NCBI RefSeq assembly: GCF_018977255.1
Contig: NW_024704742.1
Coordinates: 103,914,001-103,978,000 of the forward strand
Direction of reading: 5' to 3'
DNA from: Callorhinchus milii
Taxonomy: Eukaryota
DNA length: 64,000 nucleotides
The stretch's first letter is position 1. Every line of letters starts with the position of its first letter. The translations under genes were made by a program, and so were the position numbers. Shown piece by piece: positions 49,015-63,550 of this stretch. The notes under the pieces are model-generated. The model worked only from the letters and a program-made list of their open reading frames with translations. It had not been told where the DNA came from and made no database searches.

Positions 49015-51861
49015 AAGTCCTCATGGAGGCCACACCACCCGGCTACACCTCCCACCACATCCCTCGCCCCAACCGCCTTGGCGGTGGTGTAGTAGCCCTA
49101 TCACCACTTGGGACAAGGACACCACCAAGGACACCACTTGCCCTATCCCCCTACTCCTCTGGCTCTTTCCCCTCTTTTGAGCACCTCACCCTCTCCCACC
49201 CCTCCCATCTCTCACTCAAAATCCTCCTCCTCTACCGGCCCCCTAAAACCTCTCCCACCTTCATCTCCGACATTTCTACCCTCCTAACATCTCTCTGCCT
49301 CTGCTCTGATCGCCTCATCATCCTGGGCGACTTCAACCTGCACTTCACCCCCTCCTGCTCCACCTCCTCGGACTTCTCTTCCCTGCTCTCCTCGCTCAAC
49401 CTCTCCCTCCACATCAACTCCGCCACTCACATTCATGGCCACCCACTCGATTTGGTGATCACTCGGGGCCTCAGTGTCTCGGTTGTCACCATTACCGAAA
49501 AGGCCATCTCCGATCACCACTTCATCTCCTTCATCACCTCCACCCCCCTCCCTAGCTCCACCAGACCCACCAACATCTTCTACCGACCCTGGAAGAAGTT
49601 ACCCCCACAATCTCTAACCGCTGCCTTGGAGTCCTCTGAACTCCTCTCCCTCTGGCCTTCATCCCTCACTGACCCCATTTCTGCTCTCACCCTCCTCCAC
49701 AACCCTCTCCTCCACACTCGACACTCTTGCCTCCATCACCTCCCGTACTGTCTCTTACTCTCACTCCTCCCCCTGGTTCACCACCCACCTCCGCTCACTG
49801 AAGAGCCAGGTGCGGGCCGCTGAACGCACCTGCCTCAAATCTGGCCTAACGGTCCACCGGCAAATCTGGCTGGACCTCCTCAAAATCTACCGCTCCACTC
49901 TAGCCTCGGCCAAGTCGTCCTTCTACTCCAGGATAATCCTGGAGGCGAAGATCAACCCCAGGCTTCTGTTCTCTACCATATCCCGACTGCTCCATCCCCC
50001 CCGCCACCCAGCGCAGGTCATCTCCATCCTTCACTGCGAGGAGATGCTGGATTTCCCTGAATCCAAAATCAAGGGAATCCGCTCCGCGGACACTGCCCCT
50101 CCAACTTCCACCCACCCCTTCCCTCCCACACTCCGACTCCTACCCACCCTCCCCTACACACCTTCGAACCCGTTTCCCCACCCTCTGTCACCAACCTCAT
50201 CCTGTCCTTGAAACCCACCACCTGCTCCCTTGACCCCATCCCAACTCCACTCCTTATCTCCCAGCTCCACCTCCTTGCCACACTTCTCACAGACACCATT
50301 AACCTGTCCCTCTCCTCTGGCTCTGTTCCCATTCCCCTCAAAACTGCCACCATCACTCCCACACTGAAAAAACCCTCCCTTGATGCGTCGCAGCTATCAA
50401 GCTACCGGCCCATCTCCAACCTCCCCTTCCTGTCCAAGGTTCTCGAAAGAGTTGTCGCCTCCCAGCTGCGCTCTTTCCTCTCCACCCATTCACTATTTGA
50501 ACCCCTCCAGTCGGGTTTCCGTGCTGCCCATAGCATGGAAACCGCCCTGGTCAAGGTCACCAATGACATCTTGACCATCTGCGACCAGGGCTCCCTCTGC
50601 CTCCTCGTCCTCCTCGACCTATCGGCCGCATTCGATACGGTCGACCACTCTATCCTCCTCCACCACTTGTCCTCCCACCTCAACCTTCAAGGCCCTGTCC
50701 TTGAGTGGTTTAGGTCGTACCTCTCCCACCATCTTCATTTTGTTTCCACTTACGGCTTTTCCTCCAGTCCCCGCACTGTCTCGTGCGGTGTCCCTCAGGG
50801 CTCTGTCCTCGGTCCCCTCCTCTTCACCCTCTATATGCTCCCCCTTGGTGACATCATCCGCAGACATGGGGTTAACTTCCACATGTATGCGGATGACACC
50901 CAACTCTACCTTTCCTCCTCTACCCTCAACTCCACGACCACCGATGTCCTGACAGCTGCCTGTCCGACATCGAGTCCTGGACGAGAGACAACTTTCTTCA
51001 GCTCAACGTGCGCAAAACTGAGGCCCTCCTGATTGGCTCACGTCAGCGCCTCCGCACCTCAGGCGCTGACAGCATCAGCATCCAAGGCTGCACTCTCCAC
51101 CTCTCAAAGCCAGTCAGGAACCTCGGGTTCTGTTCGACCCTGAGCTGTCCTTTCTCCCTCATATCCGCGCCACAACTGGCACCGCCTTCCATCACCTCCG
51201 GAACATCGCCAGACTACGGCACTACCTCACCCCTCACGCTGCTGAAACTCTGGTCCACGCCTTTATCACCTCAAGGCTGGACTATGGGAACTCTCTCCTC
51301 GCCGGCCTTCCCGGCACCTCCCTCCACAAGCTGCAGGTCATTCAGAACTCTGCAGCTCGTGTACTGTCCCGCACCAGGCTTCGGGACCACATCACTCCCA
51401 CCCTCGCTCGCCTCCACTGGCTCCCCATCCCCCAGAGGATCGAATTCAAGATCCTCATCCTCACCTACAAGGCCATCCACAGCCTTCCTCCCTCCTACCT
51501 CTCCGACCTACTATCCTCCTACTTACCTGTCCGTTCCTCTCTCTCTGGTCTGCTCCACATTCCCCGCCCTAACCGCCCTACCATCGGTGGCCGGGCCTTC
51601 AGCCTCTCAGCCCCCAGGCTCTGGAGCTCCATCCCCCAGTGCCTTCCCCTTGTTTCCTCCCTTTCCCCGTTCAAGGCCGGTCTCAAGTCCTTTCTCTTCA
51701 ACCGTGCCTTCACCCCCCCTCTTAACTCTCTACCCCCTCCTCGCTCCCTCCCTTCCCCCTGACCATTTCCCCCCTGCTAGGGTCCCGACCCAACTGTCCA
51801 GGGCCTTGGGACGTCCTCCCGACGTGAAAGGCGCTCTATAAATGCAATCTTGTTGTTGTTG
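49015..51861 (+). mobile_element. L2-clade LINE, 5'-truncated, most of ORF2 (APE endonuclease + reverse transcriptase), frameshifted
   Basis: EN motifs YRPPK, ILGDFNLH, THIHGHPLDLVIT and SDHH; RT motifs [31 protein letters not shown] and YADD; split over four ORFs; 3' tail ...GGCGCTCTATAAATGCAATC(TTG)n. Confidence 0.93.
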
Positions 51862-54800
51862 CATTCCCACTACCCTCATCCTCTCTGCCATCGGCAGCCA
51901 TGCTTCTAGCCACTATGCCTATAATCTCTGAAACTCCCCACCTCAATCCCACTGACTCTCTCCCCCATTATATATCTTTAAATCCCATCTGTATCCAACC
52001 TCTTTGACGATGCCTATCATCACCTCCCTCTTTTTCCTTGCTTGGTGTCCAACTCCGCCACTGTATAAATGTTCTTGTTGTAATGGCTGACAATGTTAAC
52101 CCAATAATCATTCAAGCATTCTTTGATTTGTGTAATTTGTGTAATCAGTACCACATGCCTGATGATCGGAGGGGAAGTTTATGTGAGAGTGAGCTGTCTG
52201 TAGAATAATATTTTAGTGCCGGAACTGGGGAAAAGGCTACCACTGGTACTCTCTAGTGTTGCATCAGAATTAGAGATTGCAAAAATAAAATTCTAACCTT
52301 CTTGCCCAATGCCTCTGATCTTGTTGTGAAATGTACTCAATGTTGTGTTTCTGGGTGTGCACAAAACGGTGCAATAAGAACCTGTCCCTCCCCACCACTC
52401 CCCAGGAAGTGTGGCGATGTCTGCAAAGGTAAAAGGAGCAGGTGTAGGAAACGCAGCCCTGGACTGCCGGCTGCTCCATTCTTTGACGTCAGTCATGCTG
52501 CAGTAGATGGCTGTGAATGACTAGCAGGTTTGGATGACTATAAACAGCTCTAGCTTTACTAAACCCTTGAGAATTGCAGCCTCAAACACATTTCCAGACC
52601 GTGCTCTATAATGGAGATGATGTGAAAATTTGAGTTTACGCACAGCTTTAGTCATCTTACCGGAAACTAAAAATATTGCCAACGATGAAAATATGAAACA
52701 TTTTAAATGGAATCCTTACAATGTCTCTTTTTCAAAAGGTGCTTTTCTAATAGCGTAGGATCTATTGTTCTCAGTGTCCTGCTGCAGAGGTCAAATTGGC
52801 ATTGAGCACAATGTGTAAATATTAATGTTAGACACACCCTGAAATAATATATGGAAGAAAGATCATTGAAATACAGTGGAAAACAACAGGAGAAGCAGAA
52901 CAGATACTGACACAAATATTTCCTTATTGTGCATCAATAAACCATAAACCCAACGTCTTGGGACATCCTCCCGACGTGAGTACAAATGTAATTTTGTTGT
53001 TGTTGTACAATTGCAATTTTATGTTGTATTTATTTTCCATTATGTAAATAATCTAGCCAGAATGAGTGCTTGCTGCCTGTGGATTTAATTTTTTTTTAAA
53101 AATGATGCCGACTTTCACTGCAGGTCAACAATTAAAAGTCAGTAATTTCTAGCATTACATTTACTCTTTAATTAGTTAAGATTAAAATAAACTCATTTTC
53201 AGTAGAATTCCCTCCAGAAGCTAAGACTTCTTGCTGCGGCATGCTTGGCTGCTAGATTGGCAGCAGTTCAAAGCCCACATGACTCATGTTTAATCTATTG
53301 GTTCACATTTACTTGGCTATATCTTTGAACAAAAATTGAAATGTTTTTTATACCTACCTAGTGCTAATGTTCTGTGAAAGGTTTACCTTTTAAAAATAAA
53401 ATCCTATATAAATTGAAAGTAAAGCTGGGATATAATTTTTTAATATCAGTAATGGTTTTTGGTGTAGTGCCTTTTGCATTGGGAGGATGTCCCAAAGTTC
53501 TTCATAGAATATACTGTAACGTGGAGTGACTGTGTTTTGTAAGTGAACGTGGCAGCCAATTTGTGCACAGTAATGTCCCACACACAGCCATGAAGCAAAT
53601 GACCAACTTTATTCGGGTGATTGTTGGCCAGATATTGGGAGAAACTCATTTCTCTATTCTGTGGATCACCAAAAATATATTTGTTTGTGTAATCGTGTTT
53701 CAGATAACAGGAAATCTATTGAAACGTACAATGTTGGACTGCAAGATTCAAAACCCAGCTATTTCAAAGGCTTCTTGCGCAAAGACGATCCTGTGTGTAG
53801 TGACTGTTTATTACAGTTATGAGATGTAGAGCAACACAGGTATAACCAGATGCAATTCTCAGGGGTATATATTTACAATTTTGGGAAATATTTGAGACAC
53901 ACCTGTGCCAATATTCAAGCGTAATTTCAAATAATGCAGATTAAATCCTCCCCTAATGTACATAAATAAGATTAAGATCATTTGTTGATATTTTTTAGAC
54001 TTTAGTAGAGATTGGCTTGTTGTTTTCTTTAAGAGTTTTTTTTAAAGCATTGTTGACTATGTAGCTTAAGAGTTCCAAGAATATTATTGTCCACAAGAGG
54101 CATAGCATAAGAACCTGTTTCTGTTTTTCTATTAATTGTTAACTTCCTCTTCCAAAGGTGGTGGAGACTCTTTCTGAGATACAACTTCTCTGTGCAAGTC
54201 TCCCTCGACTAGCTTATCCCATCGCCATTCTTCATGTGTGAACCTAGCAAATGGGAACTGGGTGGCAGGTATCATAGCGTAACCTGAATCTGTACCAAAT
54301 TAAATAAAATATGAATAAAATTCTGAAATTTTTCACTACCATTGTCTAATGACCATTACAATTTATGATTTTTCAAGGAAAAAAAATCAATGGAAACTAG
54401 CTTTAGGAACGGCAAAGAAGCAGCTTCTAAATTTAAAGACCTTTCTACACTATTAAATTTTAGGCAATGGACTGAAGGCTAAGAACATAGAAAATTTCAG
54501 GCTTTTGATAATAATGCTAATAATTCTTACATTTGGTATAGCTTTTTTCATGTTTGGAGGATGTTCCAAAGCGTTTCACAGGATACATTTTAAAATGCAG
54601 TGACTTTGTATTTTGTGGGTGAATGCCCTGATGTCCACACTGCACATTCTTGGAAGCATCACTGAAAAGTGACCATGAATCTTATTTTTAGCAGTATATT
54701 ACAACAATTTTCATTTGCATGGTGCCCCTCACGCAGGATAGTGTTCCAGAGCACTTGATAGTGGAGGAGCATGACGCCAAGCCGGGGGAGGTGACTGGTC

Positions 54801-55962
54801 AGGCGGAGGCATAGAGGAAGAGTGTTCAAAGTTTCGGAGTGTTGTAGCTGAAAGCGCAGCCATTAGCGGTGGAACGGAGGGCACAAGGGACATGCAGAGG
54901 GCCAGAGCCAGTCAATAAAACTTCACTAACACTGAGGAATTAAATTTAAGACCTCTACCACATAGTTGGTATGCGGTTCTGGAAGTGAATTACTATGATG
55001 TTGAGGAATGTGTTCGTGACTCAGAGACTCCCAATTTGAGTCACTGTAGAGAGATTCAGCTGACTACAAAGGTCATCCAGGCGGTTAAGTGGAATCCACT
55101 GAGTAGTTTGCTTCAGCTTCTCGCTGGAACCAGCTTCTAATTTCAATCTTCCGATGTGGAAGAGGAGAACACAAGGTTATCATTGAAATTGGGTCCAATT
55201 GTTGTGCAAAAGGGCAAAGGTGCGTAACCAGGATGATCAACTTGCACATTGCATTGTGATAGTGAATTGGGCCACTTTAGCATCTGTCATGATACAAGGG
55301 CAAAGTCTTGTGATTCTGAAGATTTATGCTTCTGAAAACACACCAGATGTTGCTTTAGTGTTGCTGAGTACACGCACACATATGGCAGTGTAAAAGCAGA
55401 GTTTGTTCTAGTTTGGCAGGAATGCTTTTCCCCGTTCCTTTTTACTTTTTTTTGTTGCCTAGAGCAATGGAAATAATGCGAATTGGTTCAAAAGAATTTT
55501 TTGACACCAAATTCTAGTGATCAACCTTCTCATGCAACATATTTAAAATATGTTGTGTGTATTTATGAAGTCACACCCAGAAGTTTTATAAAATTTTACT
55601 AAATATAATTTAGGATTAGTGATAGAAATACTGTAGAGAGACAGAGAAACAGGGAAAGAGAGACAGAGCAAGGGAAAGAAAGAAGTCATAGAAATTTACA
55701 GCAAAGAAGAAGCCATTTGACTCTTCATGTCTATGCTCTCTTTTAAAGTGCAACCCATTCAGACCCTTTAACCAGCTTTTCCCCTATTACTCCTCCAAAT
55801 TACTGACGCGCTTTATAAGTTTACCCATGAGTTTCGTGACGTCTTATTGATTTCTCTCAAGGGGAAGGGGTGGAGGGTATTATTTTTAATTAAATCTTTT
55901 TACTAAAATGTTTAATGCCATTGGTGCAAAAGAGTTTTTTTAAAAAAAATCAGCATTTGGAC

Positions 55963-56331
55963 TCCTGTAACTTAATGGTTAGAGCACTCACCTCGCAAGC
56001 GAGAGGACTTGGGTTTGATTCCCGGGAGGGTGAAACATTGGGCAAGTTTCCTTACTCCACACACCTCTGTTTACCTAGCAGTAAGTAGGAACCTGGTCGT
56101 AAGTCGAATGTCGGATCGCTTTTCTGGGGATAATAATTCCATCAAAATAAATAGAAAATAATTTGGTTACTCGATCCACAACTGTTTGTGGGACACTGCG
56201 CAATTGACAATTGGCTGCCGCGTTTCGCCCGCAAAATATATGGTCAATTAATTTACAGTATATTCTGTGAAGCGCCTTGAGATGTCTCAAAGACGTGATA
56301 AGGCACTATATCAAATGCAAGGATTGTTGTT
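55963..56331 (+). mobile_element. Full-length copy of the same tRNA-derived SINE
   Basis: Collinear with 39695-40052 throughout. Confidence 0.88.
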
Positions 56332-58924
56332 GTTTTTTTCTCTCCCTCCCCCAACTAGGCATGTTTGTTCCTCTCTTCATTCTTCAACACTTCATTTGAT
56401 TTAAAAAAATAAATAATGCTTGTTGATTTAAAAATGGCCTACCAAGAGACAAAGCCAATTGAATGCAATCTTGTGGGAAAAAGAGTACACGGTTTCCTGA
56501 ACTGTAAACAAATGATGCCTTTTATAGATATTAGCAGAGTCATTGTGCAGTCTCAGGCCTATCTTTTAAACTGTACTGAAAATAGTGTTGAAATATCTAA
56601 TACGAGGTTTTGAATTATTTTAAAAAAATTTAAACCCCAGCCTATCACCAGAATTTAATGTAATAAATATCAATACATATGCCAATATACTGCTTGATGT
56701 GTTGCTTCTATCCTTGATCATTAAGCTCGTAATACTAATAAACCTTATAGTTATCCCTATATATCTTTGTGCCTTTCATGTTGGGAGGATGTCTCAAAGC
56801 GCTTCTCAGGATGTATTCATTTTGTATTTTGTTGTTGAACAAGGCAGCAGTGTACCACAAACATGAAGTGGATGGCCAATTTTTTATTTGGGTAATGGTT
56901 GGCCAGGATACAGGGAGAAACTCCGCTTTTCAAATGGTGCCATGGGATCTTTAATGTCTACCTGAATAGGTAGATGGGACTTTGGTTTACAACAACTTGT
57001 ATTTATATGGTGCCCTTGGAGCACTTAACAAAGAGGAAAGTCTTCAGGTCTTATTTCAAGACTGGCAAAGAGGGATCAGAACAGAGGGATTGAGGCAAGG
57101 AGTTCCAGAGATTCAAAGTATAGTAGCTGAAAATGGGCTGCCAGTGGTGTAGCAGAGGGAATGAGGGATGTGTAGAACATCTGGTTTATTGTGTCCTCTG
57201 AACGGCAGCAACAATAACATTACATTTATAGAGCGCCTTTCACGTCGGGAGAATGTCCCAAAGCGCTGAACAGTCAGGTGTCGGGGCCCGAGCATGGGGG
57301 GAGGGGGGGTGTAGGGGTGAGGGAAGGCAGGGAGGGAGACCAAAAGCACGGTCGAAGAGAAGGGTCTTGGCACAACTGCAGCACTGAACCTTCTGACTCT
57401 GAGGCCAACTGAGCCAGGCTGAAACACATTGAAATTGAAACAGTATGAAAAGGCATGCGTGATGAAGTTTAAAGTTAGTTGGCAACAATCGCCCTCAAAT
57501 CTTTATTTAGTCATGAACATTTCTTGGTCATTATTGTCCTGATAATATTCTGGTCCCCAAAGTGAGGGTGGACAAGAAGGGTAGATCAGATGGAGTGAAC
57601 TGTTGGGAGTGACATTGGCTGATGGCTGGAGAAGGCATATGGCATGGGTAGACTGTAGAGGAGAAAACAATTTGCACATTTACAAAAGAGGTTGCTTTGT
57701 AATACATTTGCAGTGAGCTGGCAGTCTGACAACAGGGACTGAGCTTTTGTGCGTGCAGATAACCTTCCTGTGAAGAGTCTTTTGTTTGTGGATGGTGTGG
57801 TTCATACAATTTGCATGACATTGGAGTTCCAGTGTTCAAGCTGGTCTGCTGCCGTATGGTTCAAACTGAAATTTAAAACATTTGTTTTTATAAGTGAATA
57901 CTGCCAAAACGTTTGCATGATGCATTCAATTTGTGTTGCAATCCCTCCCTATCCTCCTGCAAAAAGTGCTGTGCATCTGTTCATGAACCAAACACACAAG
58001 CATTGATCATTTGATGGTCTATTTTTTCCTTATCTGAATGAGCAATCGCCAGTTCCTCTTGCAATACCATATTACTTCAGCCTCAGAACAGTGCTTTCAA
58101 CTGTAGAAGTTGGATTTACAAAATTCACTCACTTATTTGTATTTAAATTCCCCAAACATTCTTTTTGTTATTTTACAAATACCAGAGGTGCTCGAGATGG
58201 AGGAAGCCTGTTGATTTTTAATGGTTACAATTTTTTAAAAGGCCTACTTTGTTTACTTTTTTTGAAAAAAATATTGAGTCTCCTGAACCGCGAACAACTG
58301 ATGCTTTTTATAGATACTAGGAAAGAGCTGAATCATTGAAGCGCTTGCCCCCTTTATGTATTTGCTTAAACTCATCAGACCAGTGGAAAAACATAATGCT
58401 TGCCCCTGTATCTGTATAATGGGATGTATCTTATCACTTGTCTAATGAAGTATACTACTCTGACTGCAAGCTTTCAAAACTAGACAAGATTTAGATTTAA
58501 AAACACTCCACAGGGTGTGTATATAATGTTGGAGAGGTTCACAACCCTCTAAAAGTAGTGTGTTCTTATTTTCTGCATTGCTCATTGGGAGATTGTGTCC
58601 CTTTTGCTCCTGGTCTGACCTCTTCTTGCTGGGGTATGGTTCTTTGGGAGCTATTTTCCCTACAGTAGCCTGATCGAGTGGCCATTGTTCATGTATCAGC
58701 CTTGACAGTGTCTGCAGGCCATAGGGTGTCGCAGCCAAGCCTGACATCTCCCCACATGGCTGCCTCACGCACAAACAACACAGTAGAGAATGCCAGAGAA
58801 TGATGAGAAACAGGAATCCTATCTGAATTTTTTTTCTTTTACCTTCTCTAACACTAAGGTTCAATTTAGCTTTCCCATGCAGCACTGAATGAGACCAGCC
58901 AATTTAATATAATAAAAATTATTA

Positions 58925-59270
58925 TGATAATAATAATCCTTCCATTTGATATAGTGCCATATCACTTCTCCAAGATGTCTCAAAGCGCCTCACAGAATGC
59001 ACTGTAAAGTGAATTGACTGTATATTTTATGGCCAAAACTCAGTAGCCAATTGCACACAGCAGTGTCCCACAAACAGTTGTCGATTGGGTGACCAAATTA
59101 TTATTTAAAAAGTTTTTTGACTGGATTATTAGCCCTGGAAAAGTGATCCGCCAATCGACAAACAACCGGGTTCGTGCTTACATATAGGTAAACAGAGGCG
59201 TGTTGAGTAAGGAAACATGCCCAACGTTTTGCCCTGCCGGGAATCGAGCCTTGGTCTCTTGCTTGTGAGA
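58925..59270 (-). mobile_element. Near full-length copy of the same SINE
   Basis: Collinear with 61955-62329. Confidence 0.85.
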
Positions 59271-60006
59271 TGAGATTGAGTCAGCGAGCTCCTGGCCTGC
59301 AAACTGAAGCTTTAACCAGTGCAGTATTGTGCTGCCCTAAATAGGAAATGTATTTATACTTCACAAGCCCGTACCCCTCCTACTCCATAATTCCTACTGT
59401 ATGCCAAGATGTTCTACGTGAAGAGTATCATCAAGCTGTTGCTCGAAGGCTGTCAGCAAAACAACATCACAAAATCAGCTGCTTTTATTTTTGTAGTTTG
59501 TTCCACGTATCTTTTTCGGGGAAGAAGGAACAGCCTCTGTTGTTCAGCTGTTACAGGTTTAAGCTGCTACACTCGACATTTATTTACCGACATTCAAATC
59601 TCCTGCCCCACCCAAAATTCCAAGCCTGGATCCTGTTGTGGTTGTGATCCAGGAAAGCTGCAGTGCTGTAATTCAGCCTTGGTGAACTGAACTGGAAGTC
59701 TGTAGTTTTGATTTGCCTGGTTGCACAGAATCAATTGAGCATTGATTGTATGTATCAATCACACAATCAACCTCCAGTCAGGCATGTAGATGTATGAATT
59801 AGGGCTTGAGGCAGCACCTCACTCTCTCCCCTCCTCCCCCGGATAGGTCGCCAGGAGTGGTGGGGGAGTGATGCCTGTTCAGTGAAATCAGTGGAGTGTA
59901 GATGTAGACTATACATTTGGAGTGGCACATGGTCCACAACCGAGCGAACCACATACTCGCTGTAAGAGGAGACGTCTGTAAGTATTTTTACCCACACCAA
60001 CCTCAT

Positions 60007-60860
60007 TTCATAGAATCATAGAATTGTACAGCACAAAAAGAGGCCATTCGGCCTATCGAGTCTATGCCGGTCCTTTGAAAAGAGCAATTAATGTCAATCC
60101 CACTCCCCAACCCTTTCCCCATAACCCTGCAAACCATTCCTCCTCAAATACCCGTCCACCGCGTTTTTAAAAGTAGTTATCGAATCGGCCTCGACCACCC
60201 TTGCAGGCAATGCGTTCCAGATTCGAACAACTCGCTGCGTGAAAAAAATTCTTCTCACCTCCCCTCTGCTTCTTTTACAGACTATTTTGAATCTGTGACC
60301 TCGAGTCACCGACACACACACCAGTGGAAACAGTTTTTCTATTTCTAACCTATCAAATCCCCTCATGATTTTGAAGACCTCTATTAGGTCTCCTCGTAAC
60401 CTTCTCTGCCCCAATGAGAATAATCTCCGCCTCTCTAGCCTTTCCTCATAATCAAGGTCCCTCAGTCCTGGTACCATCCTCGTAAATCTCCTCTGCACCC
60501 TTTCCAATGCCTTAACATCCTTCCTATAGTGTGGTGCCCAGAACTGGGCGCAGTATTCTAACTGAGGCCTAACCAGTGTTTTATATAGGTTAATCATAAC
60601 CTCCTGACTTGTACTCTGTGCCCCTATTTATAAAGCCTAGTATCCCATATGACCTTTTTGCAGCTTTATCTACCTGTCCTGCCACCTTCAAGGATTCATT
60701 TACCTGCACCCCGAGGTCTCTCTGTTCTTTTACCCCCCTTAAGATTGTATTACCAGCCTATATTGCCTCCCCTCATTCATTCTACCAAAATGCATTACCT
60801 CGCATTTCTCCACACTGAAACTCATCTGCCATGTGTCTGCCCATTTTACCATTCTTTCTA
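60007..60860 (-). mobile_element. CR1-clade LINE 3' fragment
   Basis: ORF 60094..60597 (LYKTLVRPQLEYCAQFWAPHYRKDVKALERVQRRFTRMVPGL...RLRGDLIEVFKI) is a typical CR1 ORF2 C-terminus; terminal (ATTCTATG)n repeat at 60007-60025. Confidence 0.92.
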
Positions 60861-60899
60861 TGTTTGGGATTTGTAAGATTTCTAAATTCATGACGGTTT

Positions 60900-61560
60900 T
60901 CTCTTAGTCAAAGATGAAAGTCCTCAGGTGTGACTTGAAGATGGGCACTGAGGAATGAAAGGATTGAGACAGGGAGTTCCAGAGATTCAAGGTGTTGTGT
61001 CTAAAAGCTTGGCCACCAATTATCGAGTGGGGAGGACATGAAGCAGTTGATTGAAGGTGATTTGTAGAGGAGTTGGGGTGTGAGCAGGTGGGAGAGGTAG
61101 AAGGTGCCAGGGTCAAAAGATTTGACAGCAAGAATGATGAACTTTAAATTGATCCTGCACACAATGTTTTGCAACTGGGAGCCCATAGAGCCTGGCAAGT
61201 ACTGGGGTGATGAGGATGCGGGGCCTGGTATGGATGATGATGTGGGTAGCAGAGATTTGAATCTTTTGAACCTTGTTAATTATCGAGTTGGGGAGACTGG
61301 CGAGGAGGCATTGGAAAAAAAGCAAGATGAAGTAAGATGGAGCGATGTGGTGGAGGAATGCAGTTCTGACTGTATGTGAAATAGGAAGGATAACTGGGGA
61401 TCAGACCCGTTGCCAAGGTTGTGATGGACAGGTAGGGAAGGTTAAGGAGTTCTCAGGTGAGAAGATGTTGATCGGAGCCAAGAAGGATGGCTTCCATCTT
61501 ATCCATGTTCAGCTGCAGGAAGTTGGTGCTCATTCAGGCCTTGATGTCACACAAGCAGAC
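60900..61560 (-). mobile_element. Old L2 LINE fragment
   Basis: Decayed peptides ITPVLARLYGLPV and IGGQAFRHNTLNLWNSL. Confidence 0.75.
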
Positions 61561-61954
61561 ACACAGAGAAAATCATAGGTTGTATTCTACTTTGAATAAG
61601 CTGTGATATCTAGATTAGTGCTAGGTTTGGCTGAGGGTTGCTGTCTGCCTTGTAGCACATTAAATTGGAAACGGGAATTGAATTGTTACGGATTTATCTT
61701 TTCATTTGGATGAAGTAGCTACGTAGATGTTTACATTTTACACAAATACTCTTCATAGTGAGATAAGTAGAGCATAAAATTCCATGTTTATACCATTAAG
61801 GAATATTGTTATTTGTGAAACTATTCTGCCATATTTGACTAAAAAAAATAGACATGTGCTCACTTCACATGTTTGTAAACAGAATTTGTAACTTGTTACA
61901 TTACATGGTATCCTTGTAACCTGTTTTTGAAAATGTTTTGTGGCCCATAAATTA

Positions 61955-62329
61955 CATTATAATAATCCTTGCATTTGATATAGCACCTTATCACGTCTTT
62001 GAGAATCTTAAGGTGCTTCACAGAATATACTGTAAGGTGAATTGACTGTATATTTTGTGGATGGAACGCGGCAGTCAGTTTTGTACAGCAGTGTCCCACA
62101 AACAGTCATGGATTGAGTGACCACATTTTTTTAAAAAATGTTCTTTGAAGGGATTATTACCCCCAGAAAAGCAATTCACCATTCGACTAACAACCTAGGT
62201 TCCTACTTACTGCTAGGTCAACAGAGGCGTGTGGAGTAAGGAAACTTGGCCAGCGTTTCACCCTGCCGGGAATCGAACCCAGGTCCTCTCACTTACGAGG
62301 CAAGCGCTTTAACCACTAAGCTACAGGAC
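61955..62329 (-). mobile_element. Full-length copy of the same tRNA-derived SINE
   Basis: Reverse complement is collinear with 55963-56331; B box intact. Confidence 0.88.
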
Positions 62330-63344
62330 TTCACTGTACATAGAAATGTCATGGCATAGCCCACTTAATCCAATCCGGTGTTTATATCTCACATGAGTTT
62401 CCACCTCCTATTTCCTTTTCCAATAAATTCTCTATTTCCTTCTCCCTTATGTGTGCATCAAGCTTCCTCTTTATTTTGCTTTGTGCGCAGCTTCTGCCAG
62501 CAAGTTCTACGTTCTCACCACCTTGTTCCTCGTAAATTCCCTTTTAGATCTACTGCTGGCTATCTTACATTTGCGCCCCCTTGTTTTAGACTCGCCACCA
62601 AGTGAAATAACTTATCGATCACCACCCTATTGAATCCTTTCTTAATCTTAAAATCAATTAGAATTTTTACAAAGAGCTCACAATGTGAAATATTTTGATA
62701 TGAAAGCTAAGTTCATGATTCCTCTGCTTTATTAAATTTCTACTAATTTGGGACAAATGGCTACCAGCTCCTCGTATTTACAAATGTAGCCATTTCTCTG
62801 TTGTCAGTTTGTATCTATTTGTATTGAAACCTTTGCAATTGTTATCAATTTTACTCATACATAGTTTTAATCAAACGTTATTGCTAGAAAAGTTATTTGA
62901 AAATGCTGCTGAAGATAAACTTCAAAGACACTTGTATTCCACAGTTAATGTCAAGAGTCACCCATAGGCATTTTTGTCCTGAGTTGATTAGGTCAAAAAG
63001 ACGGGTTGGTGTGACATACATTTGTTTTCTGGAAGGAGTCCCCATTTGAACTCCTCTGGTTCCTTTTTAAGGAATTGTATTGCGGAATCCTACAAATTAG
63101 ACTTGCACTCCTTTTGCTGTAATTGTCACTTTATATTTTTCAGAAGTAGGATTTAAATCCTGATGCCTAATATGTGGCTGAAATGAAATCTACTTTATTG
63201 CTCCACAACAGCCAATACATTTTTAAGCATGTTTTCTAAGAACCTGTGATTATAAATACCCTTATACCCACTTTCCATCCTTGTGAAGCTCTCCGAGGTG
63301 TTGTAAAGCTATACAAAGGGATTTGCACACACAGGATAGTGTAA

Positions 63345-63550
63345 ATCTGAACCTTTCTCCCCCAAAAGGTTGTGGATGCTGGATCAATTCAAATTTTCAA
63401 GAGTGAGGTAGATAGATATTTGTTAGGTCAGGGTATCAAGGGATATGGCCCAAGGGCGGGTAATTGGAGTTGAGGTACAGATCGGCTATGATCTAATAGA
63501 ATGGCGGAACAGGTTCAAGGGGCTGAATGCCCTACACCTGTTCCTATGTT
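63345..63550 (+). mobile_element. CR1-type 3' end fragment (related copy on minus strand at about 2212-2375)
   Basis: ggtatcaagggatatgg...ggggctgaatgcctacacctgttcctatgtt matches the reverse complement of 2219-2370. Confidence 0.7.

Noticed and set aside
49015..51861. Active autonomous LINE, or a novel reverse-transcriptase system
   Set aside because: Several frameshifts, no ORF1 or 5' UTR; an ordinary decayed L2 copy.
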